Source: an uncultured Pseudomonadota bacterium
Lineage (GTDB): Bacteria; Oederibacteriota; Muellerivitia; Muellerivitales; Muellerivitaceae
Assembly (NCBI GenBank): GCA_963770835.1
Contig: CAVYRH010000011.1
Location: 224,001-288,000 of the forward strand
Direction: 5' to 3'
DNA length: 64,000 nt
The position numbers and the translations under genes are program-made. Shown here one piece after another: positions 20,052 to 30,711 of this stretch. How positions within the stretch are numbered: the first letter of the stretch is position 1; every line of letters begins with the position of its first letter. A model generated the notes under the pieces. That model made no database searches, was not told the origin of the DNA, and was given only the letters and a program-made list of their open reading frames with translations.

Positions 20052-21269
20052 TTATGGATTAGTTGGAGCGGAAACGTCTAAAACCAGCAATTCATCAGTG
20101 GTTTTCTTGTGCTTATCCGTCTGGCTACATCGAATCATCGTACCATCAATCGACCATGACAATTCGGCAGTATAGTCAAGGTTTTCACTTGTTTTCAACA
20201 ACTGTTTGTAACCGGCACCATCGGTATCCACTAAACAAACCTTTCCTGCATAAACATAGGCAATTTTATTTCCCGTTGGATAATAAGCGGGGTGGATACC
20301 CAAATTAGCGCTTCGAGTGTAAAAAAGCGTTTGAGTCGCCTTAGTTCTCACATCTGTTTTTTGAAGTTGTCTTTTCTTACCAACTGTCTGCCAATAAACA
20401 AGATATCGGCCATCGGGAGTCCATGCGGGAATCTCAGCCCCAAAACTTTGGTTTAGAGGATGGAATACAGCGTTGTCGCTTTTAGTCGGGACCCTGGCGA
20501 CAAAAAGGTAATATTTGCCGTTCGAACCTCGTTTTCGTTCAGCCAAATAAGAACCATCCGGGGATTGCATCACCTGTTCATCCAGGGTCGCAGGAAAATC
20601 ACCCTCATAACTTTTGTTGAACGGTATCTCGTTCTTTAGAACGATCCAATCCACGCTGGTATTAGCGATTCCTTGGGCACGTCGAGCTCGGTCGGCCAAG
20701 AAATCTATCTTGGCTCTCGTGTCCGCCTGGATAAAAAGCAAGGGAAAGGTTTTGTAAATATTATCAAGGGTCTCCCCAGCATTTTTGTAATTTTTTTGAA
20801 CAAACAGGGCCGTGGCGGTCGAGATCTGGGCATCGATTAGCGATTGGATCGCGTCGTGAATTTGAACATTTCCCATATATCGGTTGTAAGCTTTTTGGCT
20901 GTAATCCATGGCCTTGGAAGGATTTTTGAGTTTGTCGCGATAAAGCGCGGCCAAATCGAGAAGCGCGTGAAGTTCTTCATCAGTCTGGGGAAAATCACGG
21001 ATTATTTTCTCATACCATTGAATAGCATTCGTGTAATCCGACTGCGCCTCATAATTTTTAGCGATTCGGTAATCCGCCTGCGGTGCGAGCACGGAAGAGG
21101 GCTGGTGGGTCAAATAATTCTGGTAAGCCTGTATGGCCTGAGCGTTTTTGCCTGCCTTGTCCAAGTCGCCAGCCGACTCAAACGATCCACCCAAGTATTG
21201 ACAACCGCCTAAAAACCCAAGAAAAAGCAAAAGCATCGGTGGAAAAAAAGCGGGAGTTATCTTTTTCAA
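20052..21269 (-). CDS. Lipoprotein with N-terminal BamD/CpoB-like TPR and C-terminal TolB/PD40-like beta-propeller
   Basis: Lipobox LGGC. TPR (AIQWYEKIIRDFP). Propeller motifs SPDGSYLA, PAWTPDGRYLVY, PAYYPTGNKIAY, SWSIDG. Confidence 0.8.
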   Translation of the reverse strand: MKKITPAFFPPMLLLFLGFLGGCQYLGGSFESAGDLDKAGKNAQAIQAYQNYLTHQPSSVLAPQADYRIAKNYEAQSDYTNAIQWYEKIIRDFPQTDEELHALLDLAALYRDKLKNPSKAMDYSQKAYNRYMGNVQIHDAIQSLIDAQISTATALFVQKNYKNAGETLDNIYKTFPLLFIQADTRAKIDFLADRARRAQGIANTSVDWIVLKNEIPFNKSYEGDFPATLDEQVMQSPDGSYLAERKRGSNGKYYLFVARVPTKSDNAVFHPLNQSFGAEIPAWTPDGRYLVYWQTVGKKRQLQKTDVRTKATQTLFYTRSANLGIHPAYYPTGNKIAYVYAGKVCLVDTDGAGYKQLLKTSENLDYTAELSWSIDGTMIRCSQTDKHKKTTDELLVLDVSAPTNP

Positions 21270-21291
21270 TTCTTCGGAAACCTTTCGGGAT

Positions 21292-23049
21292 TTATTTGGT
21301 AATCACGACGATATCCACGCGGCGGTTTTTGGCGCGAGCATCTTCCGTGTCAGAAGTATCCAAGGGACTGGCGGAGCCATGACCGCGGGAATAAAGATTA
21401 TCAGGCGAAACTTTTCCCTTTTCCACCAAATACCTCAAGACTTCGTCGGCCCGGTTTTGGGAAATAACCAGTGCCTGTTTTTCAGTCCCTTCATCTGGAT
21501 CCGCGTGGCCCTCAATGTAAACGCGGCAGTTGGGGTACCTGCGAATTAAACGGGCCACCTGGTCCAGGTAGTTATAGAATCCCGAACTTAATTTGGGGCT
21601 CTTTTCTCCGAAGGAAACGCTGGGCACTTTTACCACACCCGACATTCCCACCGGCTGCAAGGACGGGGGAATGGAAGGCGCCGAAAAAGCCTGAGGCACC
21701 ACGGATGCGGACGCGAATAAAGGTGCTTCTTTTGTCGAAACTTTTGCCACTTTAAAAATCGGATCGCTCGCCACCACTTGCTGACCCCGGACGTCCACCG
21801 TCCTCAAATTGTAGTTAGCGAAAATACCTCCAGTGACAACATTGCCGTTGTTGTCTTTTCCATCCCAGGCAATCTGACGAGGCGGGACTCCCTTCCCGCT
21901 GTAGCTCCGAAGAACGTTGCCCTTGGGATCGGTAATTTCGAGGGTCCAATTCTTGATATCTGTTCGGGCTTGGGGCTTTATGTCGAAAGTAGCCTGTCTA
22001 ATTGTTTGAGTCTGGTAATCGGCAATTTGTGTATTAATAGCTACCGCCGATGCTTTTTCTGTTTGAGGTCGTTGGACGGTTTGATTTTCCTCAAAACCGA
22101 ACCGGTAGGTCAGTGAAAACCTCTGGGTATCCCCCAAAACGCCGAACGGTACCAAGGCATAATTGAGTTCAAAATCAGAAAACCGAAGACCGGCGCCAAC
22201 GGAAGCTCCGACTCCACTCCCCAAATCCTGGTTCAAGGGATTAAAACTGTACCCGCCCCTAATCGCTACCGCGAAGGATTTTCCCCCCCACCAAAACTCT
22301 CCTCCCGTTTGGACAACGGCATCGTTGTCAATGGGCTTTTCCAAATCCACGCCCGCCAAGAAATGAATGGAACCGGGCGATTGGAACCGGTAAACCAGCC
22401 CGGATCGATAAACCAACGGTAATTTTTCCTGCGACGAATAGTCGGAAAAATTTGAGATCTGGCCTACATTCTGGACCGAAAGACCCAGGGTCCAATCTTT
22501 TTCCTTCGTGTAAAGCAAAAGACCGGCATCCATGGCTTCGCCGATGGCGGAATAGGTGACCAGGTTACTGGAAATGAACTTGCCCCCGATCCCCAGGGCA
22601 AAATTGTCCCCAAAAGTTTGGCCATAGCCCAAGGCAACGGCCAAATCGTTGGCGCTTCCCGGAATGGCTGCGGGGTTATTCGTGGAATTAAAACTGGGTA
22701 CAAAATCGAAAGACGCGCTTAACCCCAAAGTACTGCCAGGTTGAAGGGGTAAGGCCGCCCCCAAGAACTCATAATCCGTGCCGGCAAAATAAGCGACATG
22801 AAGAAGGTTGAGTTCAATATTATTCAATTGAGCTAATCCCGCCGTGTTCCAATACATCGTGCTAACATCATCCGCTACGGCGGTAAACATGCCACCCATA
22901 CCCGCGCCGCGAACACCAGCCGGAATTTCCAAAAATTGGACCCCTGTGGTGCTTACGCTATCCGAAAATGAAAAAACCGGAATTAAAAACAGAACCGAAC
23001 TAATAAAAAGGGGAGCAAGAAACTTAAAAATCCAGGATTTGAAGATCAT
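21292..23049 (-). CDS. PorV/PorQ-like barrel fused to a FlgD-Ig-like domain and an OmpA-like peptidoglycan-binding domain
   Basis: FLEIPAGVRGAGMGGMFTAVADD..YWNTAGL. Barrel ends SLTYRF. WTLEITDPKGNVLRSYSG..WDGKDNNGNVV. OmpA motifs IEGHAD..ISQNRADEV..GHGSASP..KNRRVDI. Confidence 0.85.
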   Translation of the reverse strand: MIFKSWIFKFLAPLFISSVLFLIPVFSFSDSVSTTGVQFLEIPAGVRGAGMGGMFTAVADDVSTMYWNTAGLAQLNNIELNLLHVAYFAGTDYEFLGAALPLQPGSTLGLSASFDFVPSFNSTNNPAAIPGSANDLAVALGYGQTFGDNFALGIGGKFISSNLVTYSAIGEAMDAGLLLYTKEKDWTLGLSVQNVGQISNFSDYSSQEKLPLVYRSGLVYRFQSPGSIHFLAGVDLEKPIDNDAVVQTGGEFWWGGKSFAVAIRGGYSFNPLNQDLGSGVGASVGAGLRFSDFELNYALVPFGVLGDTQRFSLTYRFGFEENQTVQRPQTEKASAVAINTQIADYQTQTIRQATFDIKPQARTDIKNWTLEITDPKGNVLRSYSGKGVPPRQIAWDGKDNNGNVVTGGIFANYNLRTVDVRGQQVVASDPIFKVAKVSTKEAPLFASASVVPQAFSAPSIPPSLQPVGMSGVVKVPSVSFGEKSPKLSSGFYNYLDQVARLIRRYPNCRVYIEGHADPDEGTEKQALVISQNRADEVLRYLVEKGKVSPDNLYSRGHGSASPLDTSDTEDARAKNRRVDIVVITK

Positions 23050-23078
23050 GATGCCTTATTAGTTTAAAAGGTTTAACG

Positions 23079-23109
23079 ATTATATCATCCGCAAGCACAA
23101 CCCTGTCAA
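23079..23109 (-). promoter_or_regulatory. Promoter for the PorV-OmpA/TPR cluster
   Basis: TTGACA-N19-TATAAT with extended TGn -10 on the minus strand. Confidence 0.6.
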
Positions 23110-23206
23110 CGCGGCAAACCTTGGAATCGATCTTCCTGTCGCCATTTTCTTCCACTTTCTCCATTCGAGTTTTACACGATTATTGGGATTTCAAGCCAGG
23201 TTACCA

Positions 23207-23234
23207 TTGCTCCAATTGAAGTACTTGTTATAAT
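23207..23234 (+). promoter_or_regulatory. Promoter for the PpiD/SurA-like gene
   Basis: TTGCTC-N16-TATAAT with extended TGn. Confidence 0.55.
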
Positions 23235-23312
23235 GCGCGGGTTTTACCTGAAGTTGAACATTGAATCAATCCGTTCCCTTTGATGGGAACCCGAAATTTC
23301 GGAGGCTTCTCC

Positions 23313-24776
23313 ATGATGCGTACCCTGCGGGATAAAAAAATAATGCATGTCGTCCTTTGGTCTCTAGTAGCTGCCTTCGTTGGAAGTATCTTCTTCGTGT
23401 TTGGAATGAAATATACCGCCGGAAGCAAAAACGATCCTAATCTTGTGGCCAAAGTCGGGGATGGGGGAGTCACCCGGGCTGATTTCAATAAAGCCTACCA
23501 GCCTGTCCTCGATAAGGTTTACGCGGCCGAACTCGATGGTCCTACCAGTGAGGAAACCCAACACCTACAGGAACAGGTTTTGAACGGCCTTGTTGACGAT
23601 ATGATCCTGGAAAACACGGCCCAAAAGTTGAATATTACCGTTTCTGACGAAGAATTAGCCGCAACGATCCGGCGACAGCCTTATTTCACTGATAAAAACG
23701 GAAATTTCGACAAGGAAAAATATGTTCAAGTTTTACAGGCGAACCAGCTGACGGCCGAGCAATTTGAGGCTTCCCAGCGTCGGGAACTCCTTGTCCAAAA
23801 AATACGTTCGGTTTTGTTGGATGGCATCCTCTTCGCCAGCAGCGAGGTGGATGACTACGTCTCCCTTCTCAACCGTGATCTGAAAGGCGTTTATGTGGCG
23901 TTGGATGAATCAGTCTATGAGAAAAACATCAAAGCAACAGAAGATGACTTAAAAGAATTCTACGAAAATACAAGAAGCCAATACGACCACCCGGAGAGGG
24001 TCAAAATCCGCCACATCTTCATCACTCCTCCCCAAAGCGAGGGCTTTCAGGACCCAGAAAAGGTCAAAAAAACTCTTGAAGATTACCGCTCGCAGGTCCT
24101 TTCGGGCAAAGCCAAATTCCAGGAACTCGCTAAAAAATACTCCCAGGATGAACAGACGAAAACCAAAGGCGGTGAAATCGGGTGGATTGAGCGCGGGACC
24201 TTGCCCAAGGACATGGAATCCAACATCTTTGGCTTGAAGAAAGGAGAGATTACTAGTCCCTTCAAACTTCAAAGCGGATACGATATCGCCCAAATCGAGG
24301 ATTATGAAACTGCCTACAAGAGCACCTTTGAGGAAGTCCGACCCAAGGTTTTGGACCAATTCCGAAAGCAGAAAGCGGCCCAAAAAATCGCCGTGCTCTC
24401 CGAAAAACTGGCCGAAAAGTTGAAAAATAAAGAAACATTGGAAAAAGCTGCCAAGGAACTGGGGCTTTCAGTTACAACCACCGACTGGTTCAGCCGCCAA
24501 ACGGGAATTCCGCATATCTTGGATTCGAAGGATGCCGCCGAAGAATTGGCCTCCCTTTATCCCCAGCAATGGAAGGGTCCCTTGTCGATCCACCAAAAGG
24601 AGTATTTTTTCCAAATCGTCGATGCCCAGGAAGAAAATAACCGCAAAGCTCTAACCGATCAAGAACGAATGGAGATCACCCAGCGGATGACTTATGAGCG
24701 GCAACAAGCTTGGCTTCAGGATTTCTTAACCAATGAACGAAAAATTCTAGACGTTAAAACTTTTTTGAACGGTTAA
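23313..24776 (+). CDS. PpiD/SurA-like periplasmic chaperone / parvulin peptidyl-prolyl isomerase
   Basis: N-terminal membrane anchor, SurA_N-like region (LNITVSDEEL..GNFDKEKY), parvulin RHIFI..FQELAKKYSQD..GGEIGWI. GGAGG RBS before ATG 23313. Confidence 0.88.
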   Translation: MMRTLRDKKIMHVVLWSLVAAFVGSIFFVFGMKYTAGSKNDPNLVAKVGDGGVTRADFNKAYQPVLDKVYAAELDGPTSEETQHLQEQVLNGLVDDMILENTAQKLNITVSDEELAATIRRQPYFTDKNGNFDKEKYVQVLQANQLTAEQFEASQRRELLVQKIRSVLLDGILFASSEVDDYVSLLNRDLKGVYVALDESVYEKNIKATEDDLKEFYENTRSQYDHPERVKIRHIFITPPQSEGFQDPEKVKKTLEDYRSQVLSGKAKFQELAKKYSQDEQTKTKGGEIGWIERGTLPKDMESNIFGLKKGEITSPFKLQSGYDIAQIEDYETAYKSTFEEVRPKVLDQFRKQKAAQKIAVLSEKLAEKLKNKETLEKAAKELGLSVTTTDWFSRQTGIPHILDSKDAAEELASLYPQQWKGPLSIHQKEYFFQIVDAQEENNRKALTDQERMEITQRMTYERQQAWLQDFLTNERKILDVKTFLNG

Positions 24777-25341
24777 AAGGAAGGTTCGTTTCCCTAATCA
24801 TCCATTGGAGAGGCAAGCCCATAACATTGAAATAATCCCCCTCCCATTTTCTAATCCACGTCCGGGCGGTTCCCTGAATATCATAGGCCCCTGCCTTGTC
24901 ATATGGTTCCTTGGAGTTGAGATAAACCCTTTGCTCTCGCGGGGTTAGGCCCCTGAAAAAAACCCTGGTTTTTTCCGCATGCGTGCGGGAGCGCTTTTTT
25001 TTCACCAGGGCTACACCCGTCCAAACCGTATGGGCCTTTCCTTGGAGAGTTCGGAGCATATTCCCCGCCTGGCTTCGATTTTTGGGTTTTCCAAATAATT
25101 TTCCATGGCACACAACCACTGTATCCGCGCCCAGAACCCAGGATTGTGGAAACCGTTTTGCGACGGCCTGGGCTTTCTTGAGGGCCAGTCTTACAACCAT
25201 TTTGGAAGGGTTTTCCCTGGGCAGTCGTTTTTCACTGACACCCAAAGGTTTTACGGTTCGAAAGGAAATCCCGGCAAAGCGAAGGATGGCCTTACGGCGG
25301 GGCGAATGGGAGGCCAATACCAGCTGGGTCTGGGATTTCAC
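24754..25341 (-). CDS. maf: Maf family nucleotide pyrophosphatase
   Basis: LVLASHSPRR, LGADTVV, GKP, DKAGAYDIQG, NVMGLP. Confidence 0.95.
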   Translation of the reverse strand: MKSQTQLVLASHSPRRKAILRFAGISFRTVKPLGVSEKRLPRENPSKMVVRLALKKAQAVAKRFPQSWVLGADTVVVCHGKLFGKPKNRSQAGNMLRTLQGKAHTVWTGVALVKKKRSRTHAEKTRVFFRGLTPREQRVYLNSKEPYDKAGAYDIQGTARTWIRKWEGDYFNVMGLPLQWMIRETNLPFNRSKKF

Positions 25342-25349
25342 AATATTAC

Positions 25350-25601
25350 TTGGAATAATAAAGTCCGGCGATCATGCCAATAACTCCGAAAAGGTTGATG
25401 AAATTTTTTCATCCCGAAAGTTAAGATGGTAATTTGAAGATTCAGGATCAGCGACGAATCAAACACCAAGGTCAAATCCTTCATAAGCGAATCATGAAAC
25501 AATTCTTTTGGAACCAATAGGCCCAATAATTCTACAACATACCCCCCCAATATCCCACCGAGGATAATCATCAAGAAGGTTAAACCGGCTCCCTTCGACA
25601 T
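25350..25601 (-). pseudogene. DUF4321-like small membrane protein interrupted by a +1 frameshift (probably a sequencing error)
   Basis: IILGGILGGYV..LNLQITILTFGMK, then the expected hydrophobic tail FINLFGVIGMIAGLYYSK* appears in another frame after the ATGAAAAAATTTC run. Typical position upstream of maf. Confidence 0.7.
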
Positions 25602-25697
25602 TTTAATTCTTCCCACAAAACTTGTCGAACAGTCGTAAATTGTCAGCCGTTAATCAAATTTTAACGATTGTTGACGTCTCAGACCCGATACCCACCA

Positions 25698-26501
25698 TTA
25701 GATTTTATGGTCGCTAGGAGTTGAAACTTGAATCTGTAACTTACTGATGGCTTCGTGAGCGGCTAGTTGCTCCGCTTCTTTTTTATTTTTCCCAACTCCA
25801 GTCGCAAGGGTTTTTCCTCCCACTATGCAGGCGGCTTCGAAGTTTCGGTTGTGGTCTGGACCCCATTCCCGGATGACTTCATACCGGGGGGCTGTTTTTT
25901 GGGTTTTTTGGAAATGCTCCTGTAAAAGCGTCTTGTAGTCCTTCTCAATGCGCCCGGAAAAAACCTTTTCCACGTCTTCTTGGAGAAGGTTCAAAACTAG
26001 TCCTTGGGCCGCGGGAAGCCCGCCCACCAAATACACTGCCCCAATTACCGCCTCCAAGGCATCCGCTAAAAGGGAGGTTCTAACCCGCCCGCCGGATTTT
26101 TCCTCACCTTTTCCCAATAGAATGAAATCCCCTAAATCAAGCGCGGCCGCCTTTTCACTTAAAACCTGGGCGCTGACGATTACGCTTTTAACCTTAGAAA
26201 GACCTCCTTCGGTGACGCCTGGATAGGTCTCGAAGACATAGTGGCTGATGACCAGCCCTAAAACCGAGTCCCCCAAAAATTCCAACTTCTCGTTATTGTA
26301 ACTTGGGTTCATTTTTCGTTCGTGTGTGTAGGACTTATGGGTCAGTGCTTCGTTTAAAAGCTGTCCGTCCCCCAATGGGATATGCAGGCTTTTGGAAAAT
26401 TGCTTAAGGTGTTCTAAGCGGGACTTTTCAAGGGTGACTTCGTCCCCGCCGGAACTTCGCCTTTTTTTAGGAATTAAATTTTTGAACAATGAGAGTGACA
26501 T
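25698..26501 (-). CDS. rnc: Ribonuclease III
   Basis: ALTHKSY, NEKLEFLGDSVL, ADALEAVIGA, dsRBD DYKTLLQE..GPDH..KKEAEQLAA. Start approximate (overlaps fabF end). Confidence 0.95.
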   Translation of the reverse strand: MSLSLFKNLIPKKRRSSGGDEVTLEKSRLEHLKQFSKSLHIPLGDGQLLNEALTHKSYTHERKMNPSYNNEKLEFLGDSVLGLVISHYVFETYPGVTEGGLSKVKSVIVSAQVLSEKAAALDLGDFILLGKGEEKSGGRVRTSLLADALEAVIGAVYLVGGLPAAQGLVLNLLQEDVEKVFSGRIEKDYKTLLQEHFQKTQKTAPRYEVIREWGPDHNRNFEAACIVGGKTLATGVGKNKKEAEQLAAHEAISKLQIQVSTPSDHKI

Positions 26502-27711
26502 TATGGCCGCCAAATCCGAGGGAATTGGAAAGGCAAACATTGACGGTTTGGGCTCTTTTTTGGTTGGGGATATAGTCCAAATCACATTCGGGGTCGGGAT
26601 TTTCAAGGTTGATGGTGGGCGGCAAGACACCCCGTTGGAGTGCCATCACGCAGGCCACATATTCAATCCCGCCGGCAGCCCCTAAAAGATGTCCCGTGCT
26701 TGATTTCGTGGAAGAAATGGCGACTTTTTTCGCGTGTTCCCCAAATATTGTTTTGATGGCCATAGTTTCGAACTTATCGTTATAGGGAGTAGAGGTGCCA
26801 TGGGCGTTGATGTAATCAATCTTCTCCGGCCCCATTTTCGCGTCCTTGAGGGCCAGTGCCATCGAACGGGCAGCTCCCTCCCCATTTTCGGCGGGAGTAG
26901 TCATGTGATAAGCGTCCGAGGTCGTGCCATAGCCGATGGCCTCAGCGTAAATCCTGGCGCCACGGGCCTGTGCGTGTTCGAGGGACTCAAGTACTACGAC
27001 TCCGGCTCCTTCCCCCATGACAAAACCGCAACGGTTTTTGTCAAAGGGACGGCTACCTTTAGTGGGATTTTCATTGAAATCCATGCAAAGGGCGTTCATG
27101 TTGCAAAAGCCGGCATATCCTAATTCGGTGATACAGGCTTCCGTGCCTCCAGCGATCACGACATCTGCTTCGCCTTTCTGGAGCCAGCGCATGGCTTCAC
27201 CGATTGCATGGGCGCCAGAGGAGCAGGCGGAAACGGTGGCGGTATTGGGACCCTGGGCTTGAAGGTAAATGGAGGTCATACCCGAGGCCATGTTGATAAT
27301 CATCATTGGGATGAGAAAGGGTGATACCCGGTCCGGCCCTTTTTCAATCAAGCGAGCGTGCTGTTCCACCAGAACTGGAAGCCCCCCAATGCCGGACCCG
27401 ATCAGGACTCCAACCCGGGTTTTGTCTTCCTTAGACATGTCCAGCCGGGCGTCGGCCACAGCCTGCAGGCTGGCCGCCACGGCGAACTGGACGAAATAGT
27501 CCATCTTGCGGACGTCTTTTTTTTCGATACCAAACTTAACCGGATCGAAATTCTTGACTTCCCCGCCGATCTTGCTGGGAACACGCGAGGGGTCGAATCG
27601 GGTGACGATTCCGATGCCACTTTTACCATCGCAGATGTTTTCGAAAAAATCGGTAGCGTTATTTCCATTGGGGGTAATGGCGCCCAAACCAGTAATAACG
27701 ACGCGTTTCAA
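26467..27711 (-). CDS. fabF: 3-oxoacyl-ACP synthase II
   Basis: KRVVITGLG, SACSSG, NAHGTST, GHLLGAAG, SLGFGGHN. Confidence 0.97.
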   Translation of the reverse strand: MKRVVITGLGAITPNGNNATDFFENICDGKSGIGIVTRFDPSRVPSKIGGEVKNFDPVKFGIEKKDVRKMDYFVQFAVAASLQAVADARLDMSKEDKTRVGVLIGSGIGGLPVLVEQHARLIEKGPDRVSPFLIPMMIINMASGMTSIYLQAQGPNTATVSACSSGAHAIGEAMRWLQKGEADVVIAGGTEACITELGYAGFCNMNALCMDFNENPTKGSRPFDKNRCGFVMGEGAGVVVLESLEHAQARGARIYAEAIGYGTTSDAYHMTTPAENGEGAARSMALALKDAKMGPEKIDYINAHGTSTPYNDKFETMAIKTIFGEHAKKVAISSTKSSTGHLLGAAGGIEYVACVMALQRGVLPPTINLENPDPECDLDYIPNQKRAQTVNVCLSNSLGFGGHNVTLIVQKFNS

Positions 27712-27735
27712 GGGTTCCCTCCGACGACAGAAAAA

Positions 27736-27972
27736 TTATTCCGAGGCTTTCGACTTGATATAGTTAATCGCGTCACCAACCGTCTTGATTTTCTCGGCGT
27801 CTTCATCCGGAATCTCAAGATCAAATTCCTCTTCAAACGCCATGACCAATTCGACGGTATCCAGGGAGTCGGCACCGAGGTCGTCAATAAAAGAAGCTTC
27901 GGGCTTCACTTGTTCGGCTTCCACACCAAGTTGGTCTACAATAATTTCCTTCACTTTATCTTCAATGGCCAT
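27736..27972 (-). CDS. acpP: Acyl carrier protein
   Basis: [28 protein letters not shown] before ATG 27972. Confidence 0.97.
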   Translation of the reverse strand: MAIEDKVKEIIVDQLGVEAEQVKPEASFIDDLGADSLDTVELVMAFEEEFDLEIPDEDAEKIKTVGDAINYIKSKASE

Positions 27973-28051
27973 CGTCCTCACCTCCGTAAAAAGTGTGCCC
28001 ATCATAGGCAAAAAAAGGCTCTTTTCAACCATCCCTTCCAAAAGCAGACCC

Positions 28052-28795
28052 TTATATCACCATTCCACCGTCAACGCAAATAACTTGTCCCGTAATATAC
28101 CTGGCCTCGTCCGCGGCGAAAAATAAAACCGCATTGGCAACGTCGGACGTTTCGCCCAAAAAGCCCAAGGGGATTTGCCCCAATAATTCTTCCTTAGCTT
28201 TGTCCTCCATGGCCTTCGTCATGTCGGTTTGGATGAACCCGGGAGCAACAGCATTGCAGGTAATGTTTCGGCTTGCGAATTCCCGAGCCGTTGTTTTGGT
28301 AAGTCCAATGAGGCCCGCCTTGCTGGCCGCATAATTGGCTTGGCCTGCATTACCCTTAACCCCACTGACGGAAGTGATATTGACAATACGCCCCTGTCTC
28401 GCTTTCATCATGGACTTTATGAAATACTTGGTCATCAAAAAAGCGCTCTTGAGGTTAACATTGAGAACTTCCTCCCAATCCACTTCGCTCATGCGAAGGA
28501 GCAGGTTGTCCCTTGTGATTCCCGCGTTGTTGACCAAAATGTCAATTTTCCCAAAACCCTCTAGGACGGCCTTTGAAAAATTCTCCACCTCGCTTCCCTT
28601 GGAGACATCCAATTTCAAGGCCAAACACCGGGGAGCGCCAGCCGTTTCGATTTCAGTCGCCGCTTCCTTTAATGTGATTTCATTTGTGCCGCAAATGGCA
28701 ACCGAGGAACCCTTTTGGGCGAAGGCAAGAGCAATGGCCTTTCCGATCCCACGGTTCCCCCCCGTCACCACCGCGACTTTATCCCTCAAGTTCAT
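28052..28795 (-). CDS. fabG: 3-oxoacyl-ACP reductase
   Basis: [30 protein letters not shown]. Confidence 0.97.
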   Translation of the reverse strand: MNLRDKVAVVTGGNRGIGKAIALAFAQKGSSVAICGTNEITLKEAATEIETAGAPRCLALKLDVSKGSEVENFSKAVLEGFGKIDILVNNAGITRDNLLLRMSEVDWEEVLNVNLKSAFLMTKYFIKSMMKARQGRIVNITSVSGVKGNAGQANYAASKAGLIGLTKTTAREFASRNITCNAVAPGFIQTDMTKAMEDKAKEELLGQIPLGFLGETSDVANAVLFFAADEARYITGQVICVDGGMVI

Positions 28796-29715
28796 TTTGC
28801 TTCACCTATCGCTTTGATGGATGCAACGTCACCGGCATTGGAAACAATGGCTTCCTTGTTGATCTTCTGAATGAGCCCGCATAAAACTTTGCCCGAACCC
28901 ACCTCCACGAAACGAGTGAACTCGTCCCCCATCATTTTTTGGATGGTCTTTGTCCATTGGACCGGGGCCATTAGCTGACGAACCAGGCTTTCCTTGATCT
29001 GTGCCGGATCACTCATCGAAGCAGCGTCAATATCCGAGTAATAAGCGACTTGAGGGGCCGAAAGATGGACTTCATTCAGGGCCTTTTTAAAGCCTTCAGC
29101 GGCTTGCTTCATGAGAGAACTGTGGAAAGGGCCACTCACAGGAAGTTCCACGGCCCGCTTAGCCCCCAAAGCCTTGGCCTTTTCGCAAGCGACGGCGACA
29201 GCCATTTTTTCCCCTGAAATGACAATCTGTCCCGGACAATTGACATTGGCTGGTTCCACCACGCCCAGGGCTGAGGCTTCCCGGCAGGCCTGGAGAACTT
29301 TCTCTTCGTCCAACATCAGGATGACGGCCATGGTTCCCCGGCCCTTTCCGGCTTCTTCCATTAACTCACCCCGTCGCCGGACCAATTTCACGGCATCCTC
29401 AAACAAGAGGGCTTGGGCAGCTACCAGGGCACTATAAGCCCCCAGGCTGTGCCCCGCTACCGCCTCAAAAGAAACGCCAGTCTTCCGAAGAATGGCCAGG
29501 GCAGCCATAGAACAGGTTAAAAGGGCGGGCTGGGTAACGGCCGTCTTCTTGAGTTCCTCTTCGGGTCCCTCAAAGCATACCCGGGAAAGGGAAAAGCCAA
29601 GCACGGAGTCGGCTTTTTCAAAAAAATCACGGCTTTCAGGGTAGGACTCATAAAGGTCCTTTCCCATTCCGACGGTTTGGGAGCCTTGGCCCGGAAACAC
29701 AAAAGCTCGTTTCAT
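28792..29715 (-). CDS. fabD: Malonyl-CoA:ACP transacylase
   Basis: FPGQGSQ, AGHSLG, VSGPFHS. Confidence 0.97.
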   Translation of the reverse strand: MKRAFVFPGQGSQTVGMGKDLYESYPESRDFFEKADSVLGFSLSRVCFEGPEEELKKTAVTQPALLTCSMAALAILRKTGVSFEAVAGHSLGAYSALVAAQALLFEDAVKLVRRRGELMEEAGKGRGTMAVILMLDEEKVLQACREASALGVVEPANVNCPGQIVISGEKMAVAVACEKAKALGAKRAVELPVSGPFHSSLMKQAAEGFKKALNEVHLSAPQVAYYSDIDAASMSDPAQIKESLVRQLMAPVQWTKTIQKMMGDEFTRFVEVGSGKVLCGLIQKINKEAIVSNAGDVASIKAIGEAK

Positions 29716-29717
29716 GG

Positions 29718-30710
29718 TCACCACCTCACCGCGCTGGAAGCAAGAGTTGTCCCTGCGCCGAAGGCAACCAAGGCAATGACGTTGCCTTTTTTAACTTTCC
29801 CTGTTTTGACTGCTTCGTCCAAGGCGATGATCACGGAAGCCGCCGAAGTGTTGCCAACCTTGTCCAGGTTAATAAAAAGTTTCTCCGGGGCAACCTTCAA
29901 CCGCTCTCCGATAGCCTGGATAATGCGGATGTTAGCCTGGTGGGGAACAATAGTGGAAATGTCTTCGAGCTGCAGATGGGCTCGGTGAGCTGCTTCCAAG
30001 ATAGCTTCGCTCATCACCTTCACGGCGGTCTTAAAGATTTCCTTTCCTTCCATCTTAAGGGTATGCAAGCTTTGTTCAATCGTTTCCTTCGAGGATGGGA
30101 ACCGGCACCCACCTCCCGGAATTTTCAAAAGATCCGCTTCCTTTCCATTAGCCGCCATGTAAGAGGAAAGGATTTCATGATGACCTTCAGCCACTGATCC
30201 GATGATCGCGGCCCCAGCACCATCGCCAAAAAGGACGCAAGTACTTCTATCTTTCCAATCGATAAATGCTGTCAGTTTTTCAGCGCCGATAAGGAGAATA
30301 TGTTTGTAGGTTCCGCTTTCAATGAAAGCCCTCGCAACAGTCAATCCATACACAAAACCGGAGCAGGCGGCCGATAGGTCGAAGGCGGCGGCTTGTGGGG
30401 CGCCAAGTTTGCTTTGCACCCAACAAGCTGTCGCGGGCGTGGGTGTATCCGGTGTGATGGTGGCCACGATAATGAGGTCCAAATCGGTGGCTTTCAAACC
30501 GGCGGCCATAATGGCTTTCTTGGCCGCTTCCACCGCCATATCGGAGGTGGTTTGCTCGGGCGCCGCCATATGCCGCTCCCGAATTCCGGTTCGAGTAACG
30601 ATCCATTCATCGGATGTTTCGACGATTTTTTCCAAATCCTTGTTGGTCAAAACCTTCTCGGGCAAGTAGGATCCGGTCCCTAAAAAACCAGCATGGATTT
30701 TTTGGCTCAA
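29718..30710 (-). CDS. fabH: 3-oxoacyl-ACP synthase III
   Basis: RTGIRERH, AACSGF, LFGDGAGA, PHQAN, GNTSAAS. Confidence 0.97.
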   Translation of the reverse strand: MSQKIHAGFLGTGSYLPEKVLTNKDLEKIVETSDEWIVTRTGIRERHMAAPEQTTSDMAVEAAKKAIMAAGLKATDLDLIIVATITPDTPTPATACWVQSKLGAPQAAAFDLSAACSGFVYGLTVARAFIESGTYKHILLIGAEKLTAFIDWKDRSTCVLFGDGAGAAIIGSVAEGHHEILSSYMAANGKEADLLKIPGGGCRFPSSKETIEQSLHTLKMEGKEIFKTAVKVMSEAILEAAHRAHLQLEDISTIVPHQANIRIIQAIGERLKVAPEKLFINLDKVGNTSAASVIIALDEAVKTGKVKKGNVIALVAFGAGTTLASSAVRW

Positions 30711-30711
30711 A

